Shown in pieces: positions 54,992 through 64,000 of a stretch of DNA of 64,000 nt. The translations under genes and the position numbers were made by a program. The stretch's first letter is position 1, and the number at the start of each line of letters is the position of its first letter. The DNA lies in assembly GCF_006345805.1 (NCBI RefSeq), contig NC_043002.1, positions 59,148,001 through 59,212,000 of the forward strand, read 5' to 3'. This DNA comes from Octopus sinensis. Its lineage: Eukaryota. Below the pieces are notes generated by a model that did not search any database, was not told where the DNA came from, and worked only from the letters and a program-made list of their open reading frames with translations.

Positions 54992-55130
54992 TTGAAAAAT
55001 ACTTTAGGAATGAGAACCCAGGTTCAAAATTTCCCCAAGACACCTGATGAAGGCTGGAGGGTATATCAGCCAAAACAACAAACAAGATGAGGACAAATAT
55101 CCATCAAATGTAAATAATGTAAATAATGTA
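54886..55130 (+). mobile_element. Family D single-arm copy with a deletion in the hammerhead
   Basis: tRNA-like head, (AAT)n linker, CTGATGA 55044-55050, GAAACGTTGTGTT segment lost. Confidence 0.85.
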
Positions 55131-55753
55131 TTATTATATTTATCCTAAGGTGGCAAGCTGGACGAAATGCTTAGCAGTATTTCTCCCTTGGCTAGGTTCA
55201 GAGTTCAAATTCTGCCAAGGTTGACTTTGCCTTTCATTCTTTTGTGTCCATAAATTAAGTACCTGTTGTGTACTGGAGTTGCTCTAATCGACTGGCTCCT
55301 TCCCTCCAAATCTCAGGCCTTGTGCCTTTAGTAGAAAGGATTATTATGTTTATCTTACATCACATCATTACAGTGTCATGCAACCCCGTAAAGCAGGCTC
55401 ACTAGTCAGCATCATTGGTCTGTGGCTGGCGTAATAGAAAAGGAACTTTATTTGCATATTCAAAACATTTCCCATAAACAAATTTAAAAGAAAGATATAT
55501 ACATATATAATTTGAGACTGTTTGGATTGTTCTGGTTTAGATTACCAAATAGAGAAACACAGGCAGTGCAAGATGGCTACTAGAAAATGGGCTGCTATTG
55601 GTCAAGTGGGTGTCATGTAATGTTGTTAGAGGGGAGATCAGCATTTCAGTGACATCAGGCAAAGCACATTGAATGACTTGCTTACTGGTTTGAATATGTC
55701 TCAGCCATATTTGAATTGGAACTGGTAAAGACACTGCTTTGCACTATGAAGTT

Positions 55754-55784
<31 letters not shown>

Positions 55785-55851
55785 GTGTGTGTGTGTATGT
55801 ATATATATGTGTGTGTATGTATATATATATGTGTGTGTATGTATATGTATG

Positions 55852-55884
<33 letters not shown>

Positions 55885-55917
55885 ATATATATGTATGTAT
55901 GTATATATATATGTATG

Positions 55918-55948
<31 letters not shown>

Positions 55949-56283
55949 GTGTATGTATGTATGTATGTATGTATATGTGTATGTATGTATATGTGTATGT
56001 ATGTATTTATATGTGTGTGTATGTGCCCTGACTGGCCTCCGTGCTGGTGGCACGTAAAAAGCACCATCCGATCGTGGCCGTTGCCAGCCTCGCCTGGTTT
56101 CCATGCTGGTGGCACGTAAAAAGCACCCACTTCACTCACAGAGTGGTTGGCGTTAGGAAGGGCATACAGCTGTTGAAACACTGCCAGATCAGACCTGGCT
56201 TGGTGCAGCCTTCTGGCTTCCCAGATCCCAGTTGAACTGTCCAACCCATGTTAGCATGGAAAGCAGACGTTAAACGATGATGA

Positions 56284-56325
<42 letters not shown>

Positions 56326-56654
56326 TATACACACATACATACATAAATATTTGGCATTATGTTGTGCTTGAGAACAAGACCCATCAAGCTGAGCAAAATT
56401 GCAGTTGTGGCTGATACCAGTGTCACACAAATTGGCACCTGTGCTGGTGGCATGCAAATGCCCTCTGGTGTCACATAAATGACATGTAAAAGCACCCATT
56501 ACAATCTTGGAGTGGTGGCATTAGGAAGGGCATCCAGCTGTAGAAAACCATGCCAAATCTCACTGCAGTCTGGTGCAGCCTTCAGGTGTACCGGCCCAGT
56601 CAAACAGTCCAACCCATGCCACCATCAACAATGGACATTAAGCGATGATGATAA

Positions 56655-56689
<35 letters not shown>

Positions 56690-56881
56690 ATACATGAACC
56701 ACATAGTGTACTTCACAAAATTAGTTCTCTCTTAATTCTTCATTAGCCTAATATCAAATGACAGTTGCACCTATAATTAACTGCTGTTATATTAATTAAC
56801 ATGACTCACAATTAATCCAATCACTATTGATAATTAGCCTGATTTTTCGGTTTTACAATGAACTGGCAGACTCGTTAAACC

Positions 56882-57797
56882 CTGTAGTTCTCAATTTGAA
56901 TCCAAATGACTCTTGGGGGTCCCTGCAAGCAAAATAGTATAAATTGGGGGAATTACTATTTTTAAATCTCACAATGAGAGGTATTCAACAACAGTACTTT
57001 GCAGTAAAGATTGTTTGCCAACATAACATGGCAGTCCTGGTTTAGGACGAATGTTGCTGTAATTTAGCCCCAGGAGACATCGTCTCCAGCTGCCTATATG
57101 ACATGATCTGTGTCCTTATATTTTTTGTTCGAAAATATAAGGACACAGATCGTGTTGTATAGCCAGCTGGAGACGATGTTTCCTGGGGCTAAATTACAGC
57201 AACATTCGTCCTAAACCAGGACTGTCATGTTATGTTGGCAAACAATCTTTACTCCAGTAAATTGGGGGTTCGCAATAGTATTTTAGGAATCCATGAAAAG
57301 TTTTGACATATTTATTGCAAGACACAACTAAGTTTCTTTCTCTAAAGCTTAACTTAATTCAACATGTTTCTTATTTCCTTATTGCCCACAAGGGTCTAAA
57401 CATAGAGGGACAAACAAAGACAGACAAAGGGATTAAGTCAATTACATTGACCCTAGTGCATGACTGGTACTTAATTTATTGACCCTGAAAGTCAACCTCG
57501 GTGGTATTTGAACACAGAACATAATGGCAGACAAGATACCTCTAAACATTTCACCTGGTGTGCTAATGTTTCTGCCAACTTGCTGCTTTAATTCAACATA
57601 TTTATGACCATTGAAACATGTTTCTTCAGTGGGTGTAATTGCAAACCTACCCAAGTGAATGGGTGATAAATGAAATAGAAATTTTGAAAGAAATATCTAT
57701 AAAACTGAATGGTCAGTGGGCAGGTGGATGGGGCACTAGAGTAAAATGGTAATCAAAGGATTGCATAAATAAATTAAAAAATGGTTGAGAACCACCT
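56882..57797. mobile_element. hAT MITE carrying nested insertions
   Basis: Homologous to 23239-23551, ends GGTTGAGAACCAC; contains a palindromic element and a family B2 SINE (57375-57588). Confidence 0.7.
57003..57253. mobile_element. Near-perfect 250-bp palindrome (fold-back MITE)
   Basis: Arms of about 120 bp with few mismatches and a loop of about 8 nt near 57128. Confidence 0.85.
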
Positions 57798-57808
57798 ATT
57801 AGCAAATA

Positions 57809-58061
57809 TTAGGTTGCTGCATAATTATTGCGGCTATATTTTCAATAAATTTCATTCAACAAAAACAATAACAACATGTAACAAAAACATATTGAAATGA
57901 TTATTCTGGAGCATATTCACCATCTACTTTAATTATTGCTTCCCATTTGCTTGGCAGACGGTCAGACCGTCATTTAAAGATGTTTTTGTTAAATATTGTT
58001 ATTGGTTTTGTTGAATAAAATTTGTTGAAAAAAAAGCCACAATAATTATGCACTAAAGCAA
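57809..58061 (-). mobile_element. mariner-derived MITE
   Basis: TIR TTAGGTTGCTGCATAATTATTGCGGC and inverse; interior encodes DRLPSKWEAII..VDGEYAPE* on the minus strand. Confidence 0.8.
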
Positions 58062-58580
58062 TATTTTGTGTCTTGTAGAAGTATAACTGATTCATTGCCC
58101 ATAAATTTTAACAATATCTTATACGGACCTCTAAAGGTCAAATGGAAACTGGTTGAGAACCACTGGTCTATACTATTCAAATACTTGCCCCTGGCCACGT
58201 TGAGTTATTTCTCTTAGTTTAAGTTATGCAAATTACCTAGGACATTGCTGTTTTGTACTTTGGGTCATAGAAATTAGGTCAGACAATTGTCATGCTGGAT
58301 AAACATATAAGATATTTCCTATTAGAAATTCTTGAGACAGAGAATCAAATATTAACATTTGAAATGTGTAATGGAAAATAAATAAATACCAAAATAAGTT
58401 TTCCAATGTCCTGTTTTGATATAAAATCACTCTGCGAATACTATTTCCGGAATTTCCAACTCTTATGCATATCTCACAGAAATATGATGTCTGCACATGG
58501 AATTGAAATACTGGAACAAGCAGATGTGCTCTTCAAGAGGACATAGCTTGGATTTTTAACCTTATTTACATTATATATGG

Positions 58581-59372
58581 AGGCACAGGAGTGGCTGTGT
58601 GGTAACATGTTTGCTTCCCAGCCACATGTTTCTGGGTTCATTGCCACTGCATGGCACCTTGGGCAAGTGTCCTCTACTATAGCCTCAGGCCAACCAAACC
58701 TTGTGAGTGGATTTGGTGGACGGAAACTGAAAGAAGCCTGTTGTATACTCTTTACTCTTTACTTGTTTCAGTCATTTGACTGCAGCCATGCTGGAGCACC
58801 GCCTTTAGTTGAGCAAATTGACCCCAGGACTTTTTCTTTGTAAGCTTAGCACTTATTCTATCAGTCTCTTTTGCTGAACCGCTAAGTTACAGGGTCGTAA
58901 ACACACCAGCATTGGTTATCAAGTGATGTTGGGGTGACAAAGACAGACACACAGACACACACACACACATATATATACATATATGCGACAGGCATCTTTT
59001 CAGTTTCTGTCTACCAGATCCACTCACAAGGCTTTGGTCAGCCCGAGGCTATAGTAGAAGACACTTGCCCAAGGTGCCACGCAGTGGGACTGAACTCGGT
59101 ACCATGTGGTTGGTAAGCAAGCTACTTACCACACAGTCACTCCTTTGTATATATATGTGTGTGTGTGTCTATGTTTATCCCACCATCACCACTTGACAAC
59201 CGGTATTGGTTTTGTTTACATCTCCATAACTTAGCTGTTCAGCAAAAGACCCCGATAGAATAAGTACCAGGCTTAAAAAATAAGTACTGCAGTTGATTCA
59301 TTTGATCAAAAATTGAAGGCAGTGCTCCAGCATGGCCGCAGTCTAATAACTGTAACAAGTAAAAGGTAAAAA
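58581..59372 (+). mobile_element. Family A SINE with a second full family A copy (58747-59143) nested in opposite orientation
   Basis: Outer head 58581-58745, inner minus copy, outer body 59160-59372. Confidence 0.88.
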
Positions 59373-59795
59373 GTATGTGTGTATATACATACATATATTT
59401 ATTTGTGCATGTATGTATATATATATATGTATTAGTTTAAATTAATTTAGATTATTTTATATCAGTAAATAATATAAAATAATTTAAATTAATTTAAAGT
59501 AATGTTTATCCCAAATTATCAGGATTATTATGGAGTTAATTGTTTACTCCCAATGAAGCAACTGCTGAACACAACTTATGAGTTGTCTGTCAAATTTATA
59601 CTTTTTCCTTTTTATTCTAAATACATATCACTCTTAAGGATAATTGATTATTTATATTCTGGCAAACTTTTTCCACCTGGATTTACTGCTATGTTATAAA
59701 TGTATTGGAGTTTGATGACCAATTATAATAATTATCCATTGGTCTCTTGATTATAGTGGATATATTACCTGATATTTTATACACCAACTCTTTTA

Positions 59796-59846
59796 CACAC
59801 ACACACACACACACACACCACACACACACACCACACCACACACACA

Positions 59847-59923
<77 letters not shown>

Positions 59924-60134
59924 CACACACACACACACACCACACACACACAACACACACACACACACACACACACACACCACACACACAACACACACAC
60001 AACACACACACACACACCACACACACCACACACCCACACACACACACACACAACAACACACACACACACAACACACCACACACACACACACACACACCAA
60101 CACACACACACCACACACCCACACACACACACAC

Positions 60135-60165
<31 letters not shown>

Positions 60166-60225
60166 CCACCACACAACACACACCACACACACACAACACA
60201 CACACACAACACACACACACACACA
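59796..60225. repeat. Interrupted (CA)n array, about 430 bp
   Basis: Read directly. Confidence 0.95.
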
Positions 60226-60675
60226 TTTGGCACATGTCTTTCAACGATTTTAACAAGCAAGACGAAGCAGTTATTAGTTTAACCCTAGGCAGTGAGACCC
60301 ATGGAAGAGAACTAAGAGTCCAAAATCATGTGATATAGGCATATCTGCCAATTCATTTGTGTCTTTCCCCCACAATGGTAGGTTGACTTTTTACTCGCTC
60401 CTTGATTTCACCAGCTTGTTAAATTTTCAATCATACATACATATCATAGCTGCATCCTCGTTACACAAGAAAATCCATTGCCAAGAAGACTTACTGAAAT
60501 GATTCATGATTGTTGCCATGTGATGCCCTTATATGACTTTTAAGCCAAGCCAAGCTTGTACACATTTTATTACATACTAGGCAACTGTGCTGTCTGGTTG
60601 GCAGGAGAAACAGGTACCACCATATGCACTCTCTTAACATGTCTTTTTAGACCTCCAACTGAGAGACACACTCTT

Positions 60676-60905
60676 CCTATTTCTTTACTACCCACAAGGG
60701 GCTAAACACAGCGAGGACAAACAAGGACAAACGGATTAAGTCAATTATATCGACCCCAGTGCGTAACTGGTACTTATTTAATCGATCCCTAAAGGATGAA
60801 AGGCAAAGTCAACCTCGGCGGAATTTGAACTCAGAACGTAACAGTAGACGAAATACGGCTACGCATTTCGCCCGGCGTGCTAACGTTTCTGCCAGCACAC
60901 CGCCT
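60676..60905 (-). mobile_element. Young SINE family B2 copy with TSD
   Basis: CpG-rich; flanking AGAGACACACTCTTCC / AGAGACACACCCTTCC. Confidence 0.9.
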
Positions 60906-60987
60906 TAAAAGAGACACACCCTTCCACATTTTACACACGTTCTGTTATGAATTTTAATAGCCACATCATTGTTTATCATGGGTCCAT

Positions 60988-61042
<55 letters not shown>

Positions 61043-61319
61043 ACACACACACACATCTCCATCTCCATCATTCTGTGGTGGTGTGCATCTTTTTTGATTT
61101 AATCCATCCACACATGCATGCTTTCCTTTAATCTCTGCCTCTCAGTCTCTCTGCCTTTCTGTTTCTCTGTCTCTCTGTCTGTCCATCCGTTTCTGCATGC
61201 ATAATTCTATTTGAATCTCTCTTTGTGTGTTTTTTCCATCCATCTGATTGTCTGCCTGCCTTTCTGCCTTACTCTGTGTGTGTGTCTGTGTTTATTTTAT
61301 ATATATATGTGTGTGTGTG

Positions 61320-61374
<55 letters not shown>

Positions 61375-62593
61375 ATTTTGGAATTAGCTTAAGTTTTATG
61401 CTTCACTTAGTTTGCCCTCTGACATTTTCTAAATGTCTATTTATTTCACTGGCTAATCTTTCTAATACTGACATCCTAACTGGGGACTGAGGTACAGAAT
61501 CCAGTAAAAAAATAAAAATTAAATTGATATATAAATAGGCGCAGGCATGGCCATGTGCTTGCTTCCCAACTACATGGTTCCAGGTTCAGTCCCACTGCAT
61601 GTTCCCACTGGCATGTGTCTTCTACTATAGCCTCAGGCCGACTGATTGAGAGTGACTGAAAAAATTGATCATCTGGAGATGCCGTATTAGGAGAATATGG
61701 TGGGTTTAGTAGAACTTCCTAACCAATCTCTTAAATAGCATTTTTGGTCAAATTAGCAATGTGATGGTCAAATTGACAATATGTGTTAAATTAGCAATTG
61801 AATAGCATTTTTGGTCAAATTAGCAAATTAGCTTTTGGGTTTGGTTTGCAAAATTCTTTATGTGAGTTCGTGTGTTGAAGCATATTCTGTTGTGTCTGGG
61901 GATAGTCAGTCTTTTTTGGTGCCTTACAATTTAACACACTCACTATTGAAAAGGTTGCAAGATGCAACAAAAAATGTGTGTGTTGAATTATAAGTCACCA
62001 AAAGAGAATGACTCTCCCCAGACATAATAGCAAATTAACATTTTTGGTCAAATTTGCAATGAGCACTGGAATTTGTCTCCTTTGTTCAGTGCGTGTGGCA
62101 CCTGTGTACCAAGTTTTTGGACCTTGTCTATTGAGTGAAAGTTATGGGCAAGGGTATCATAAGGGAGTCCTATCTGCTGAGTGAATTAATGTGCAAGTGG
62201 CTGAGTACTCTGTAGACATACATACCCTCAACATAGTTCTCGGGGAGATTCAGTGTGGCACAGAATGTGACAAATGCAACTCATTATTACCAGCTGACTG
62301 GACTGGAGCGACATGAAATGAAATGTCTTGCTCAAGAACACAACATGTCATAATAATGAGCGGAACACTCTAACCATTAAGCCACATGCTTTCACACACA
62401 CATACAGGCATGCACACACACACACACAAATCATACAAGCATGGCTGTGTGGTAAGAAGCTTGCTTTCCAACCACATGGTTCTGGGTTCAGTCCTACTGT
62501 GTGGTACCTTGGGCAAGTGTCTTCTACTATAGTCTCGGTCCGACCAAAGCCTTGTGAGTGGATTTGGTAGACAGAAACTGAAAGAAGCCTGTC

Positions 62594-62635
<42 letters not shown>

Positions 62636-63678
62636 GTATGTATATATTTATTTGTGTCTTTATGTCTCTACCATTGCTTGACAACCAATGTTGATATGTT
62701 TACATCCCTGTAACTTAGCGGTTTGTCATAAGAGACTGACAGAATAAGTACCAGGTTTACAAAGAATAAGTCCTGGGGTTGGTTTCTTCGACTAAAAGAA
62801 TAAAAGAACATACCTATGTATATATGCTTCTCTATGTATGTATGTATGTATGTATGTATGTATGTATGTATGTGTGTGTGTGTCTCTCTCTTATGTTGAA
62901 TGTGCATATGCATGTGTGTGTGTGTGTTCCTATTTTTATCATTCTTTAACATGAAACACCACTGTTTATGAAATTATATTAAGAAAAATAACGAGACATT
63001 TAATTAAACGAAGACATCTCCTCCTAATCCACTCTACATTAACTACAATTGTATAACAATACCCGTCCATAAGTAATCACGTGGCATGGCTGCTGATTCT
63101 CAAGTGAAATCACTTCTAGCTGAAAGCAGATCCGCAAGGCTGAGTGAGTGAAGGTAATGACTTGAAATTTGATGTCCTTCGCTGAACACTAAAGTTCTTA
63201 TAAGTAAGTTAGCCTTGAGAGCTGTGGCTGAGAGCTGTGTACACAGATACAGTTAGATAGATGTAGGAATGTGTGTGTGTTTGTGTGTGTGTGTGCGTGT
63301 ACGTACGTGTGTATGCATGTCTGTGTGCTTGTGTGTGTGTGCGTGTGTATACACAAATGCACTTTCATTCATGCATATGTATATGTGTATTTATGTATCT
63401 ATCCATCTGTCTGTCTGTCTGTCTATCACTCTATTTATCTATCTGTGTCTGTGTCTATATATATATATACATACACACACATTCACATGCATCTACAAAT
63501 ATACACACACACACTCACATGCATCTCTGTCTCTTTCTCTCTCTCTTTCCTGTCTTTCTAAATAGATAGATATATACATATACATGTGAATATATATATA
63601 TATATATGTATGTCTGTGTGTATAGATATATATACATGCACATAAATGTATGCATGTATATATACGTGTGTGTATATA

Positions 63679-63715
<37 letters not shown>

Positions 63716-63717
<2 letters not shown>

Positions 63718-63925
63718 CGGGAAGCTTTATGAAAATAAACAAAGACGAAGGCAGGTGGAAAACAAACGAACAATTGTATTAGTATGGCGCTCAGGAAATA
63801 TAAATAAAACAAGTCTTTAACGTTTCGAGCCTACGCTCTTCAACAGAAAGATACACAGAGAGAGAAAAACACAGAAAGAAGGAGAGAAAAAAAATGCGTG
63901 CAGTAGCTAACGAATCAACATGGCG
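63716..63925 (-). mobile_element. Penelope-like terminal-repeat fragment with hammerhead-like motif (63814-63851)
   Basis: Minus strand: TCTTT-CTGTTGA-A-GAGC-GTAG-GCTC-GAAAC-GTT-AAAGA; related to 26555-26750. Confidence 0.7.
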
Positions 63926-64000
63926 TACATACATATATATGTGTGTGTACAGATATATACATACACACATAATATATGCATGTATATATATGAATATATA

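Noticed and set aside
60581-60613. 33-nt phase 0-0 micro-exon ATVLSGWQEKQ
   Set aside because: Frame-compatible, but weak polypyrimidine tract and donor (gtacca); not supportable without RNA data

Overview
Eukaryotic, AT-rich, repeat-saturated DNA. The SINE and microsatellite landscape points to a coleoid cephalopod, most likely Octopus (inferred, not verified). The window appears to be mostly intron of one large + strand gene. I find three small phase-compatible exons (22780-22827, 29745-29868, 44051-44166) encoding a basic motif that resembles capping-protein-interaction (CPI)-like segments. Almost all supplied ORFs are microsatellite translation artefacts. Real coding remnants are: a young 5'-truncated L1/Tx1-clade LINE sitting in a (TCTA)n tract, several decayed Tc1/mariner transposases, a CRE-clade RLE fragment and a HERO-like 3' end. 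Non-coding elements include several tRNA-derived SINE families, hAT/piggyBac/pogo/mariner MITEs and a non-autonomous Helitron. The most unusual signal is a five-copy non-coding element that joins a tRNA-like Pol III head to a Penelope-type minimal hammerhead ribozyme. It inserts as a fold-back unit with 10-12 bp target-site duplications, and one copy has telomere repeats at its axis. Four further hammerhead-like motifs and a SINE that shares its 3' tail with the Tx1-like LINE are also present. Family labels A-F are mine.
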